The position numbers and the translations under genes are program-made. The notes under the pieces were generated by a model. The model did no database searches. It saw only the letters and a program-made list of their open reading frames with translations, and had not been told where the DNA came from. This document shows, piece after piece, positions 30,310-40,867 of a stretch of 64,000 nucleotides of DNA; position 1 is the stretch's first letter, and every line of letters begins with the position of its first letter. The DNA lies in contig AP024679.1 of NCBI GenBank assembly GCA_025999215.1, forward strand, positions 36,007 through 100,006, given 5' to 3'. The DNA is from Candidatus Dojkabacteria bacterium (GTDB lineage Bacteria; Patescibacteriota; Dojkabacteria; J137).

Positions 30310-32103
30310 ATGTCAAAATACAAATTTGATCCCAAAATTTATCAACAAGAATTAATAGAAATCGCAAAAGAATTGGCGCTATCAGAATCTTTGAGTAAAA
30401 AATATATAGACAGAGTAATAAAAAAACACCCTCAAGATGGAAATAAAGTCTTCAGCAGGGATAAACTAATTTTAGGATTAAAGTGGTTGTGGAAAAATGG
30501 TTTAGTTGATTTTGATCAAGCAAAATTAAAACACATAATTAAATGTTTAAAACTCAAACCTACCAGAAGCATATCAGGAGTTACAACTGTTACAGTTTTA
30601 ACAAAACCCTTTGCATGCCCAGGAAAATGTATTTTCTGCCCAAATGACGTGAGAATGCCCAAAAGCTACATTGCAACAGAGCCCGGAGCACAAAGAGCTC
30701 TTATGAATAGATTTAGTCCCTATCTTCAAGTTTGGAATAGATTGAAAGCTCTACAAAACATTGGGCACCCTACCGATAAAATTGAATTGTTAGTTTTAGG
30801 TGGAACGTGGTCTTATTACCCTGAAAAATACAAAGTATGGTTTATTGAAGAATGTTTTAGAGCAATGAATGATTTTGGCAAAAATTTAAAAAATACAAGT
30901 GATAAAATAATCGAAATAAAAGAATATTTACAAAATGATTACAATGATGAACTTAGAAAAGAAACAGGCGATAAACCATACAATCAATTAATTCAAACTC
31001 CTCAATTTAAAAATCATTTTAAAAAATTCCTATCACCTGAGCCTAATTTAGAATTAGATATTTTGTGGAAGAAATTAGAAGAAGAGCAAGTTAAAAATTC
31101 AAAAGGCAAGGTCCGGTGTGTAGGGTTAGTGCTTGAAACAAGACCTGACTGTATCACACCTCAAGAAACGCTAAGACTTAGAAAATTAGGGGCAACTAAA
31201 ATTCAACTTGGAATACAGACTTTGGATGATAAAATAAGCGAATTAAACAAAAGAGGTGAAACTAAAAAAGACACAATAAATGCTTTCAAATTATTAAGAT
31301 CAGCTGGATTTAAAATACATGCACATATAATGCCAAATTTGTATGGCTCCAATCCAAAAACCGATTTGAAAGTTTACAAAGAACTATTTAGCTCTCCTAA
31401 TTTTCGACCTGATGAAATTAAAATTTATCCAGCATCAATCATCAAGCACACAGAACTAGAAAAACTTTACAAAGAAGGAAAGTATAAACCCTACAGCACA
31501 AATGAGCTTGTAGACTTAGTGGCAAAATGTATAGAAGTAACACCTGAATATTGTAGAATCACAAGAGTAATACGAGATATTCCGTCTACCGAGATAACAT
31601 CTGGCAACAAAACTACTAATTTACGAGAAGTGGCGGAAGATAAGTTAAAAAGGGAAGATAGACCAAACAGAAATATCAGAGCACGAGAAATTAAAAATCA
31701 AAAAATTAATCTGAAAGAACTTAAACTTGATCAAATAAAATACGAAACAATTAATAGCTTGGAATATTTTTTGCAATTTATAACAAACGATAGAAAAATT
31801 GCAGGTTTTTTAAGATTATCGGTTCCTAAACAATTTAAAAACCCTATTACCAGTGAGCTTGATGATTGCGCAATTATCAGGGAAATTCATGTATACGGAC
31901 CAAGTTTGGGGATCAACACCAAATCTTTTGGAGAAGCTCAACATCTTGGTTTGGGAACGAAATTAATCAAAAGAGCTGAAGAAATAGCAAAAAAGTATAA
32001 TTTTCCCAAACTTGCTGTAATTTCAAGTATTGGAACAAGAGAATATTACAAAAAGCGTGGTTTTGAATTGATCAAGCTTTACCAGATTAAAGAATTGTTC
32101 TAA
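30310..32103 (+). CDS. elp3: Elp3 homologue: radical-SAM plus GNAT tRNA U34 carboxymethyl-modifying enzyme
   Basis: Radical SAM cluster FACPGKCIFCPN; Elp3-specific PKSYIATEPGAQRAL and LVLGGTWSYYPEKYKVWFIEECF; C-terminal GNAT REIHVYGPSLGI...HLGLGTKLIKRAEEIAKK. Confidence 0.85.
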   Translation: MSKYKFDPKIYQQELIEIAKELALSESLSKKYIDRVIKKHPQDGNKVFSRDKLILGLKWLWKNGLVDFDQAKLKHIIKCLKLKPTRSISGVTTVTVLTKPFACPGKCIFCPNDVRMPKSYIATEPGAQRALMNRFSPYLQVWNRLKALQNIGHPTDKIELLVLGGTWSYYPEKYKVWFIEECFRAMNDFGKNLKNTSDKIIEIKEYLQNDYNDELRKETGDKPYNQLIQTPQFKNHFKKFLSPEPNLELDILWKKLEEEQVKNSKGKVRCVGLVLETRPDCITPQETLRLRKLGATKIQLGIQTLDDKISELNKRGETKKDTINAFKLLRSAGFKIHAHIMPNLYGSNPKTDLKVYKELFSSPNFRPDEIKIYPASIIKHTELEKLYKEGKYKPYSTNELVDLVAKCIEVTPEYCRITRVIRDIPSTEITSGNKTTNLREVAEDKLKREDRPNRNIRAREIKNQKINLKELKLDQIKYETINSLEYFLQFITNDRKIAGFLRLSVPKQFKNPITSELDDCAIIREIHVYGPSLGINTKSFGEAQHLGLGTKLIKRAEEIAKKYNFPKLAVISSIGTREYYKKRGFELIKLYQIKELF

Positions 32104-32111
32104 AATTAATT

Positions 32112-33602
32112 ATGAAACCAGAACAAGCTCCTAAACAAGCTCCTAACAATCCATCTGAAAATCCGCAAGAAACAAATTTAATTCTGGGAATTTTTGCAGA
32201 AATAGAAAAACTGCTTACAGATTTAGAAGATAACTCTGATTTGGGAAATTGGTTAAAGAATTTTAAGCAAGTTGATGAAGATAACTCCTCTGATAACAGT
32301 GAGCAACAAAAAATCCCTAATGTTCCAATTGGAAAAATTAAGGGTGATATAACATATTGCTTAGACCTCCTATTTACAGAAGGTGTTAGCGAAGATAGAG
32401 CTGTAAAAATATTAATTATTCTTACTCTTTTAAATACTAGAAATGGTAATATTCCCGAAAAATTAAAGATAAACTTGATATCTTTTTTTATACAATACTT
32501 AGAAGATAAAAGAGATGAAGATTTCGTTAAAAAGGTGATTAAACAATACTTCTACATATCACTAAACACAAATCTTGACATTTTAAATTTCATAGTTACT
32601 TCTTTGCTTAAAAATTCACACTTACACTTATTCAAACTTACAATAGAAGGTTTATTTAATGATGTCTTGAATAGTCGAAATATTAGTGACAATCCGTCAA
32701 AACAAATATTAATTAATATCCTTAATGCTCTAGAATCTATAAATCAAGATAAAAAAAATATAAACGAAACAAAAGCTGAGCTTTCATTGTTACTATTGTT
32801 AATTGAAAGTTTCAATAAAAATAACAAAGAATCTCAAAATTTCAATGGAAATATTGAATCGCACTTGAACAAGTTTATTGAAAATAAAAAAAATTTTAAA
32901 GATGAAAGACTATGTATTAATCCTCCCTGTAACATAGTACAAAATTTTTCCATAAAAAAAGAAGGAAACGTCATTAAAATTACATTTAATATTGGAAGCA
33001 AACCTGTATTTTTGATATTAAAAAATTTTGAACTATCGCAGGTCTCTATCTCTAATACTAGTATTTTAGAAATCTTGGAGAAAATTATTTTAGTCGTAAC
33101 ATTTTTTAATTTACACAATCAAAATAAGTCAGTCTATTTAGATTTAGAAAATTTAAATATTAAACATGTAATATCAAAATTAGTAGAATTAATTTTGAAG
33201 GATTTTGTTACATTTCTTAACCACTCATCAATTCATTTTCGTAGTATGAATGAAAGTATAGATCTTACTGTAACAGAAAGAATTGAAAATAATCAAATTC
33301 ATACTGCATTTGAAAATCCAAGTCAACTGGTTCAACTAATGATATGTGCACAAATTTTTAGAAGTTCTGAAATACCCTCCATTAACGTTCATGGAGAAAA
33401 AGTAACACTCACAATTAAAATAGATTCAAATTTTTTAGAAGAATTTGAAACAATATTTGGATACTACAAGGCATCAAAAGTTAATGGTAAGACTGCGTAT
33501 GTGACACAAAATATTGATAATAAAAAAGTTATAATAACCATAGTATTGCTCAAGGAGGCAGATAACTTTAATATTATTACAACTTATCCAACAATTACTT
33601 GA
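32112..33602 (+). CDS. hypothetical cytoplasmic protein (496 aa) with a Pro/Gln/Asn-rich low-complexity N-terminus
   Basis: Long ORF with no signal peptide and no recognisable motif. Confidence 0.35.
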   Translation: MKPEQAPKQAPNNPSENPQETNLILGIFAEIEKLLTDLEDNSDLGNWLKNFKQVDEDNSSDNSEQQKIPNVPIGKIKGDITYCLDLLFTEGVSEDRAVKILIILTLLNTRNGNIPEKLKINLISFFIQYLEDKRDEDFVKKVIKQYFYISLNTNLDILNFIVTSLLKNSHLHLFKLTIEGLFNDVLNSRNISDNPSKQILINILNALESINQDKKNINETKAELSLLLLLIESFNKNNKESQNFNGNIESHLNKFIENKKNFKDERLCINPPCNIVQNFSIKKEGNVIKITFNIGSKPVFLILKNFELSQVSISNTSILEILEKIILVVTFFNLHNQNKSVYLDLENLNIKHVISKLVELILKDFVTFLNHSSIHFRSMNESIDLTVTERIENNQIHTAFENPSQLVQLMICAQIFRSSEIPSINVHGEKVTLTIKIDSNFLEEFETIFGYYKASKVNGKTAYVTQNIDNKKVIITIVLLKEADNFNIITTYPTIT

Positions 33603-33638
33603 TTTGGTTTAACAAAATGTTAAAATGTATATAGTCTT

Positions 33639-34088
33639 ATGCCAGAAATTATGCCAAATTATAACCAACAAGAAATACCCGATAGGTTAAAGGAGGGAAT
33701 ACGGTGGTTAATTAACAAACTTAGCCCTATCTATAATCAGGATGTCAAAGAAGGACCCTTGCCTTTAATGAAAATCTTAATAAATGAAGAAAAACGTCAA
33801 CAAGATTTGGACTACATTAAAAGGATTGCTAAATATTGGCAAAATTACAGGAATTATATACAAAATAACTCAAAAGAGATTATAATAAATCAACTAAAGG
33901 AACTTTTAACAATTACAGATGGGTTCTATGGAATAGAAGAAATTGAAGGATTAACTCAACCTCCTTTTAACTTTGATGGTAGTAATCCACCATATAATAC
34001 TGAACAACTTGCTGAAATGCTTGTTCAGATATTAGATATTTTACCAAAATTATTGAACCAACTTGATCAAACCCCAGATGAATTCTAA
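33639..34088 (+). CDS. hypothetical protein (149 aa)
   Basis: ORF only. Confidence 0.3.
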   Translation: MPEIMPNYNQQEIPDRLKEGIRWLINKLSPIYNQDVKEGPLPLMKILINEEKRQQDLDYIKRIAKYWQNYRNYIQNNSKEIIINQLKELLTITDGFYGIEEIEGLTQPPFNFDGSNPPYNTEQLAEMLVQILDILPKLLNQLDQTPDEF

Positions 34089-34754
34089 TTATTTATATTT
34101 TAAAATTAAAATACCAGAAACAAAACTAACTAGAAAACTAACTGATAAAACTAGTGTTAATTCAAAATTTGGATTATATAATTCACTTGATTGGTAGGGC
34201 TTTTGGGTTTCACTATAATTATTATTAAAATTTTCATCCTCCACATAACTTGGCACAACAATTTCAAAGTTTGAATCATCTTCTAATTCTTCATCTTTAT
34301 AATTTTGTAAAGAATTCAAAAGAATTTCGTTTTCATTAATAACTATTTTAGTATTATCATTAACATTAAAACTTAGATTTTTAGCTTCATTTGATATCAA
34401 ATGTATTTCACCCAAAACTTGCCTATCATCAAAACTTCCACTCGTACTAACAATGCTAACGCAAATTCTACCATCAACTACAAAATTTTCACCACATTGT
34501 GATGGTAAGTAAAATAGTTTTGAATTTTTATTTTTTATAAATTCTAGACTTTCAAAGTCACCGTTCACGCTAATATCTAAATCAATCGCATTAGTAACAC
34601 TCGCAGATTCAAAAACAACTTCAAATATTACTTCCCCAGAACCATTTAAATTTTCATCTTTAAGCTCAAAAACAACTTCTTGAGCAAATACTGGGAAAAC
34701 AAGCACCAACCAAAGAATTGTTATCAAAAAAAACCTCATATTTAATACTAGCAA
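34089..34754 (-). CDS. secreted/cell-surface protein with signal peptide and C-terminal TM anchor
   Basis: N-terminal signal peptide FLITILWLVLVFPVFAQE. C-terminal hydrophobic segment LTLVLSVSFLVSFVSGILIL followed by KYK. Confidence 0.35.
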   Translation of the reverse strand: MLVLNMRFFLITILWLVLVFPVFAQEVVFELKDENLNGSGEVIFEVVFESASVTNAIDLDISVNGDFESLEFIKNKNSKLFYLPSQCGENFVVDGRICVSIVSTSGSFDDRQVLGEIHLISNEAKNLSFNVNDNTKIVINENEILLNSLQNYKDEELEDDSNFEIVVPSYVEDENFNNNYSETQKPYQSSELYNPNFELTLVLSVSFLVSFVSGILILKYK

Positions 34755-34775
34755 ATAATTAATTTTTGTAAAATT

Positions 34776-36041
34776 ATGATAAAATTAATCATGGCGAAAG
34801 ATTTAAAATTCACAAAAGAAATTTTAGATAATGGATTAACCCTTGTAGTCGTAGAAGAAGAAAATTCACCAACAGTCACTGTAACAACTATTTATAAAGT
34901 CGGCTCCAAAAACGAACACCCAGAGCACACTGGATTTGCTCATCTTTTTGAACATCTGATGTTTGGAGGTTCTAAAAATATTACTAACTTTGATAAAGAA
35001 CTTGAAAAAATCGGAGGTTCATGTAATGCATTTACTGCTCAGGACTATACCAATTATTACACAAGAGCTCTCGCTTCAAACTTAGAAGTTCTTCTGTGGC
35101 TTGAATCAGACAGAATGTTAGAATTAAAGTTAGACCAAAAAAGACTGGATGTTCAAAAAGGAGTGGTCATTGAAGAATTCAAAGAAAGATATCTAAATAG
35201 TCCATACGGAGATTACTGGCTTGAAGTTTATCCTCTTGTGTTTGGTGAAAATAATGCTTATGGTTGGCATGTGATAGGTAAAAGTTTAGAAGACATTAAA
35301 AAATCTAATTTAGATGATGTAAGAGATTTTTTTTATACTTTTTATAGACCGGATAATGCTATTCTAGCAATAGCAGGGGGTGTTGATACCAAAGAAACTA
35401 TTGAACTTGTTAAAAAATGGTATTCAGACATTCCAAAAGCAAAGAAACAAAGCTATGAAGTTGGCAAACCTCAACCCATCAAAGGTATCAAAACCAAAAC
35501 TGTTTATTCTGATGTACCGAATGATGCTCTTGGAATTTTTTTCAATGCTCCTAGCGTTCGTGACAAAGACTATTTTTCTTTTCAGATTTTAATAGAAATT
35601 TTAGGTGGTCGCTCAACAGCAGTACTACCTTACACTTTGGTGAAAGAAAAGGAACTATGCATTTCTTTTGGTGTCGATGAATTTGAACATTTAGATCTAA
35701 ATGCTCTTTGTTTGACTACGACAATTAATTCAAACGCGAATATATCTCAAGTTGAAGATGAAATTTGGACTATTTTAAAAAAGGTATCCGATTTAATTAC
35801 TCAGGAGGAACTTGATCGGACAATTAACAATAAGCTCTTTGCAAAAGAATATGGTTTAATGACTAACCTTGCAAAAGCCAACATGATTGCTTTTTATGAG
35901 TTGATAGGTGATATTGATAGAATAAATAATTTTTATGATATGTACAAAAAAATTAAACTCAATGATGTGAAAGATTTAGCTAATAGAATAATTTCAGAAC
36001 AAAACTATGCAGTACTTTATTATCGCGCCCAAAATGCTTGA
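34776..36041 (+). CDS. M16 family zinc peptidase (pitrilysin-like, active subunit)
   Basis: Inverted zincin motif HLFEHLMF (HxxEH) and the M16 N-terminal fold signature. Confidence 0.8.
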   Translation: MIKLIMAKDLKFTKEILDNGLTLVVVEEENSPTVTVTTIYKVGSKNEHPEHTGFAHLFEHLMFGGSKNITNFDKELEKIGGSCNAFTAQDYTNYYTRALASNLEVLLWLESDRMLELKLDQKRLDVQKGVVIEEFKERYLNSPYGDYWLEVYPLVFGENNAYGWHVIGKSLEDIKKSNLDDVRDFFYTFYRPDNAILAIAGGVDTKETIELVKKWYSDIPKAKKQSYEVGKPQPIKGIKTKTVYSDVPNDALGIFFNAPSVRDKDYFSFQILIEILGGRSTAVLPYTLVKEKELCISFGVDEFEHLDLNALCLTTTINSNANISQVEDEIWTILKKVSDLITQEELDRTINNKLFAKEYGLMTNLAKANMIAFYELIGDIDRINNFYDMYKKIKLNDVKDLANRIISEQNYAVLYYRAQNA

Positions 36042-37344
36042 TAGATCCAAAAAACCTAAAACAAAAAACTATTTTGAATTGCAAAATATCGTACCAGAGG
36101 TTTTGTGTGATGATAAGGTTGAAATTTTTTATCATGATCAAACAAAAGAAGATGTGATTGTTTTGAAATTATACTATCCACTTAATGCTCTCGACATTCC
36201 AAACGCCCTTGTTACAAGTTATCTGGCAAAGGTTTTACTTGAATGTGGCACTCAAAAATATAGTTTCAAAGAATTATTAGACGCATACACTTACCATGGT
36301 ATTTCCTTGTCAATGTTCTCTAATCCTTTTGCCTTGGAGATAAACGGAGAATGTCTAACATCTAAATTTTCAGAACTTCTACACTTTTTAGATGAAATAA
36401 TTTATCAACCTAGATTTGATGTTAAAGAATTTAAAAAAATAATGTTGAGGGCAAAGCAGAATTTTAAAATAAACATGAATGATAATAGTTATCTGGCTGA
36501 CGTTCTGATGGGGCAAAAAATGTTTGGAAATAACAATCCTTATGGGTATTTTCTAAAAGAAAAAGATTACGATGACATTGCAATTGATCAATTCAAAACT
36601 CTTCACGAGGAAAGAGTAATTCCTAGAACCCCAACTGTTAGCATAGCTGGAAATTTAAGCGAAAAGCAACTTAAACAACTTCAAAAATTTTTAACTGAAA
36701 GAGCAAGTAAAAAAGTTCCTTTTGACACAGGAATTAAATTTACAAAACCTGCTACAAACAAAAAGTTGTCACAAAAAATTAAAAAGAAAGCAACCCAAAC
36801 TTCAATTAGAAGTTTTTCTATTATTTCAAATATAGATTGCGAAACAGAAGAATTTTTTAATTTAAAAATTACTAATTTTATTTATGGTGGATCTTTTTTC
36901 AATTGTAGATTAATGCAAACTCTCCGCGAAGAAAAAGGCTACACATACGGAGCACACTCTTGGTTGTCAGACTATAACTCTCATGCTTTAGCTTTAGAAA
37001 TCAGCACTGAAGTAAAATCTGAAACAACACAAGATTCAATTAAAATAATTTTTGATGAAATGATCAATCTATCTCATAACAAATTGCAAAAAAACCTAAT
37101 TCCTATGGTAAAAATCAAACTAAAGACAAAGCTAGCAGATAGCCTTTCTCATGCATTCCGGCAACTTGATTTTTATATTGAACGAAAACTTAAAAATATT
37201 GATCCTCAGGAATCTTTAAAGAATTATGTAAGAGCAATAGAAAATTTTAATCACGATGTGCTTGTACAAACAGCGGAGAATTTTTTGAGACCGGAAAATT
37301 TCTATACGGTCTTAGTAACTCCTCAAAAAGTTTCGTTGGATTAA
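36007..37344 (+). CDS. M16 family peptidase, second (likely non-catalytic M16B-type) subunit
   Basis: Paralogous M16 fold without an HxxEH motif. It overlaps the first M16 gene by 35 nt, a pair organisation typical of two-subunit M16 enzymes. Confidence 0.65.
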   Translation: MQYFIIAPKMLDRSKKPKTKNYFELQNIVPEVLCDDKVEIFYHDQTKEDVIVLKLYYPLNALDIPNALVTSYLAKVLLECGTQKYSFKELLDAYTYHGISLSMFSNPFALEINGECLTSKFSELLHFLDEIIYQPRFDVKEFKKIMLRAKQNFKINMNDNSYLADVLMGQKMFGNNNPYGYFLKEKDYDDIAIDQFKTLHEERVIPRTPTVSIAGNLSEKQLKQLQKFLTERASKKVPFDTGIKFTKPATNKKLSQKIKKKATQTSIRSFSIISNIDCETEEFFNLKITNFIYGGSFFNCRLMQTLREEKGYTYGAHSWLSDYNSHALALEISTEVKSETTQDSIKIIFDEMINLSHNKLQKNLIPMVKIKLKTKLADSLSHAFRQLDFYIERKLKNIDPQESLKNYVRAIENFNHDVLVQTAENFLRPENFYTVLVTPQKVSLD

Positions 37345-37348
37345 AGCG

Positions 37349-39841
37349 TTAAGTATTTTTTACAACTTGAAATTTACCGTTTTTATAATCAATTATAACT
37401 TTATCACCACTCGCTATTTCTTCTTTTAGCAATGCCTCAGCAAGTAAATCGTCAATTTCTTTTTGCACTACTCTCCTTACTGGTCTAGCACCAAACTCTG
37501 GTTGATAACTAATTAATGCCAACTCTTCAATTGCTTTTTTTGTTACTTCAAGCTCAATATTTTGATCTTTCATCATTTTCTTAGTCTTGTTCAAGAAAAG
37601 TTCAACAATTTTTATAATTTGATCTGGCGATAACGCTTGGAATACTATGATTTCATCAAGCCTGTTTAAAAATTCAGGTCTAAAATGTTTTTTCAATAGT
37701 TCAAAAATTGCTGCCTTAACATCATCCCAATTCGGAACGAGTTCCTTAGTTTCTTTCATCTTAATTATTTTTGTATCATTTTCCTTTTTCATTGAATCAA
37801 CCATTTTCCCTATTTGTTGAGCACCAAAAGCACTTAAGATTAAATCTGAACCAATATTGCTCGTAGCAATAATAATCGTATTTTTAAAATCCACAGTTCT
37901 ACCTTTTCCATCAGTTAGCTTTCCATCATCCATAACTTGAAGCAATATATTAAACACATCAGGATGAGCTTTCTCTATCTCGTCAAAAAGAATAACTGAG
38001 TATGGTTTTCGTCTAACTTTCTCAGTTAACTGACCACCTTCATCATAACCCACATAACCAGGTGGGGATCCAATTAAACGAGTTACCGCGAATTTTTCCA
38101 TATACTCACTCATATCAATTCTAATCATTGCATCCTCATCACCAAAAACAAGTTCTGATAAAGCTTTAGCAAGCTCAGTTTTTCCAACTCCTGTTGGACC
38201 CAAAAATAAAAATGAGGCAATAGGTCTGTTAGGATCTTTCATTCCAGTTCTAGCTCTTCTGATTGCTCTAGCCACAAGATGCACGGCTTCATCCTGTCCT
38301 ATCACTCTTTTGTGTAATTCATCTTCAAGATTCAAAAGTCTATCTTTTTCCTCTTTATTTAGCTCAGTTATTGGAATACCTGTCATTCTTGAAATAATTT
38401 CATGTATATCACTCACTTTAACAACAGGAGTACCTGTACCTCGCTTTCGTTGCCACTCTTCCTCTATTGGCTTCATTTGTTCTTTGATTTTTTCAATTTC
38501 AACCTTTATTTCAGCTGCTTCTTTATGCTGTCCTGCTCGTGTTAAAGCTTCTCTCTCAGCTTCTAGCTTATTAATCTCATTTTTGTATTCTCTAAGCTCA
38601 TTTGGCTCACTTGTAAAATTTAGTTTAACTCGACTACAAGCTTCATCAAGTACATCAATAGCTTTATCTGGTAAAAATCTATTTTTTATGTACCTGTGAG
38701 ATAGTTCTGAAGCTGCGGCTATTGCTTCATCATCGATTTTTAACTTATGATGAGCCTCATAACGCTCTTTTAAACCTTTTAAAATTTTTATAGTATCTTC
38801 AACACTTGGCTCATTTATGAGCACAGGTTGAAATCTTCTTTCTAAAGCTGCATCTTTTTCAATATATTTTTGATATTCATTTAGAGTTGTTGCTCCAATT
38901 ACTTGCAACTCTCCTCTTGCTAAAGCGGGTTTGATCAAATTTGAAAAATCTAGTTCTCCCTGTTGAGCTCCAGAACCAACAATTGTATGTAATTCATCAA
39001 TAAACAAAATAACCTTTCTTTCTACTTTTTGTAATTCATCGAGTAATTTTTTTGCTCTTTCTTCAAATTCACCTCTATATTTCGATCCAGCAACCAAACC
39101 TGCAAGATCAAGCGCTTTAACTTTTTTATCTTTAAGCACTTCTGGTACTTGACCATTTACTATCCTCAAAGCCAGACCTTCCGCTATTGCTGTTTTACCG
39201 ACTCCTGGTTCTCCTATCAAAACAGGGTTGTTCTTTTTTCTTCTTGACAAAATTTCTATAACCCTTGTTATTTCCTCATCTCTTCCAATCACAGGATCAA
39301 TTTTGTCTTCCATAGCAAGTGCAGTTAGATCTTTTGTAAACTCATCCAATGTTGGTGTTTCAGTTTCACCTAAATTTTTTCCTTCTTTATCGCCTTGCCC
39401 AACAATTTTTATTACAGCTTGTCGCGCTTGTGGATGCGTTATTGCGTACTTTCTCAAAATTTGTGCAGCAATTCCCTCGCTTTCTAAAATTAATCCTAAA
39501 AACAAATGTTCAGTTCCAATGTAGTTGTGATTCAATTCAAGTGCTTCTCTATAAGCTAACTGAACAACTTGTTGCGCCCTTGGTGAAAAGGAAGGTTTAT
39601 CAATTGAAAAATTTCCAACAGAACACTGCTTATCAACCACATTTTTTAATTCTTCAACCTTTATTCCAAGCTCCTTAAAAACCCTATTCATTACCACATC
39701 ATCAGATGTTAAAGCATACAGCAAGTGTTCGGTGTCAACTGACCGCTGTTTTTTTGAAACGGCATATTCTACCGCATTCTGCAGTGCTGTTTCTGTTCTT
39801 TTGGCAAATAGATCTGATAGGTTCATACCTAATTTTAGCAC
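37349..39841 (-). CDS. Clp/Hsp100 AAA+ chaperone (ClpB/ClpC family; short ~75-aa middle domain resembles ClpC more than ClpB)
   Basis: Two Clp_N repeats; NBD1 [13 protein letters not shown]; NBD2 [14 protein letters not shown]; sensor and arginine-finger regions; 830 aa. Confidence 0.9.
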   Translation of the reverse strand: MLKLGMNLSDLFAKRTETALQNAVEYAVSKKQRSVDTEHLLYALTSDDVVMNRVFKELGIKVEELKNVVDKQCSVGNFSIDKPSFSPRAQQVVQLAYREALELNHNYIGTEHLFLGLILESEGIAAQILRKYAITHPQARQAVIKIVGQGDKEGKNLGETETPTLDEFTKDLTALAMEDKIDPVIGRDEEITRVIEILSRRKKNNPVLIGEPGVGKTAIAEGLALRIVNGQVPEVLKDKKVKALDLAGLVAGSKYRGEFEERAKKLLDELQKVERKVILFIDELHTIVGSGAQQGELDFSNLIKPALARGELQVIGATTLNEYQKYIEKDAALERRFQPVLINEPSVEDTIKILKGLKERYEAHHKLKIDDEAIAAASELSHRYIKNRFLPDKAIDVLDEACSRVKLNFTSEPNELREYKNEINKLEAEREALTRAGQHKEAAEIKVEIEKIKEQMKPIEEEWQRKRGTGTPVVKVSDIHEIISRMTGIPITELNKEEKDRLLNLEDELHKRVIGQDEAVHLVARAIRRARTGMKDPNRPIASFLFLGPTGVGKTELAKALSELVFGDEDAMIRIDMSEYMEKFAVTRLIGSPPGYVGYDEGGQLTEKVRRKPYSVILFDEIEKAHPDVFNILLQVMDDGKLTDGKGRTVDFKNTIIIATSNIGSDLILSAFGAQQIGKMVDSMKKENDTKIIKMKETKELVPNWDDVKAAIFELLKKHFRPEFLNRLDEIIVFQALSPDQIIKIVELFLNKTKKMMKDQNIELEVTKKAIEELALISYQPEFGARPVRRVVQKEIDDLLAEALLKEEIASGDKVIIDYKNGKFQVVKNT

Positions 39842-39865
39842 ACTTTATTAAAGAGTGCTAATTTT

Positions 39866-40867
39866 TTATGAATTTAGAATTTTTTTTATTTCAGGTAATA
39901 AATCAATAAATTTATATATTTCGTTTTTTTGTACTGAATAGACTTCTCCATGATATCCAAGTGCTGAAATACAGTAGTTAAATGCTTTTGTAGTTCCATT
40001 ATTTTGAAAATTTTGTGGTTCTACGCTTGGAATGGTTTGAGATGAAATAAAAGCCTTGAAAATGTTTAAATCATCTAACTTTTCTCTCAAGACTGGATGC
40101 AAAATATGGCTTCCTGCTCTGTAAACTATCATGGGTCCCTCTCCAATTTTTGGCACCACATCTTCATTTGACATCATATGATTAGATGGAAAATAGTCAA
40201 GCACACAACAATATTCAACCGTGTATTCATAACCAATACCGTTGCCAGCATGATTTTGCATTTCTTCATCATCGTGAAAAGCAATGCAAGCATTATCTAA
40301 GAAATTTTTACTTGTTTTGAGTATGGTGAGTAGTGAAAAAATTGAAACAGCATTGTCAATACTACTCGAAAAAATGGCAGAATCAGTCTCCCAGTATTCT
40401 TTTTTAAATGATCCAAAAACTCCAGGTACTATTCCATTTTTTTCTAACTCTTCTTTGCTATTAAATCCAAGGTACAAAAAAAGTTCCGAAAATTTTTCAA
40501 TATTTTCAGACTTGAGATTACTTTTATGGTAAATTCCTCCATGGAAAATTCCCTTTTTAGTTTTGACATAAACAGCAGAATGATCAAATCTATTGGGAAA
40601 AACCCAGCCAATAGGTAAAATACTACATGTTCCATCTTCAAAAACCTTTGTTATTTGAAAACCAACCTGATCAATATGAGCGCTAAACATAACTTTAGAA
40701 TTTCTTGGATCACCAACAATTATAGTTCCAAATCTATTTACAAAATATTCAACACCGATATCATCTAATTCTCTTAAGATAAAATTTTTCATACCTTCTG
40801 TGTCACCAGTAACAGAATGTATCTTGCTTAATTTTTCAAGCAGTTTAAAACTTAATTTATTTTTCAT
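39866..40867 (-). CDS. M42 family metallo-aminopeptidase (TET/FrvX-like)
   Basis: Carries SVTGDTEGM...AHIDQVGFQITK and has the M42 length and layout. Confidence 0.75.
   Translation of the reverse strand: MKNKLSFKLLEKLSKIHSVTGDTEGMKNFILRELDDIGVEYFVNRFGTIIVGDPRNSKVMFSAHIDQVGFQITKVFEDGTCSILPIGWVFPNRFDHSAVYVKTKKGIFHGGIYHKSNLKSENIEKFSELFLYLGFNSKEELEKNGIVPGVFGSFKKEYWETDSAIFSSSIDNAVSIFSLLTILKTSKNFLDNACIAFHDDEEMQNHAGNGIGYEYTVEYCCVLDYFPSNHMMSNEDVVPKIGEGPMIVYRAGSHILHPVLREKLDDLNIFKAFISSQTIPSVEPQNFQNNGTTKAFNYCISALGYHGEVYSVQKNEIYKFIDLLPEIKKILNS

Noticed and set aside
30310-30367. Apparent 58-nt 5'-5' overlap between elp3 and the divergent methyltransferase ORF
   Set aside because: This is an ORF-caller artefact (longest ORF). 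The methyltransferase most plausibly starts at the internal Met (MRKSTNLY, 30265), which removes the overlap.
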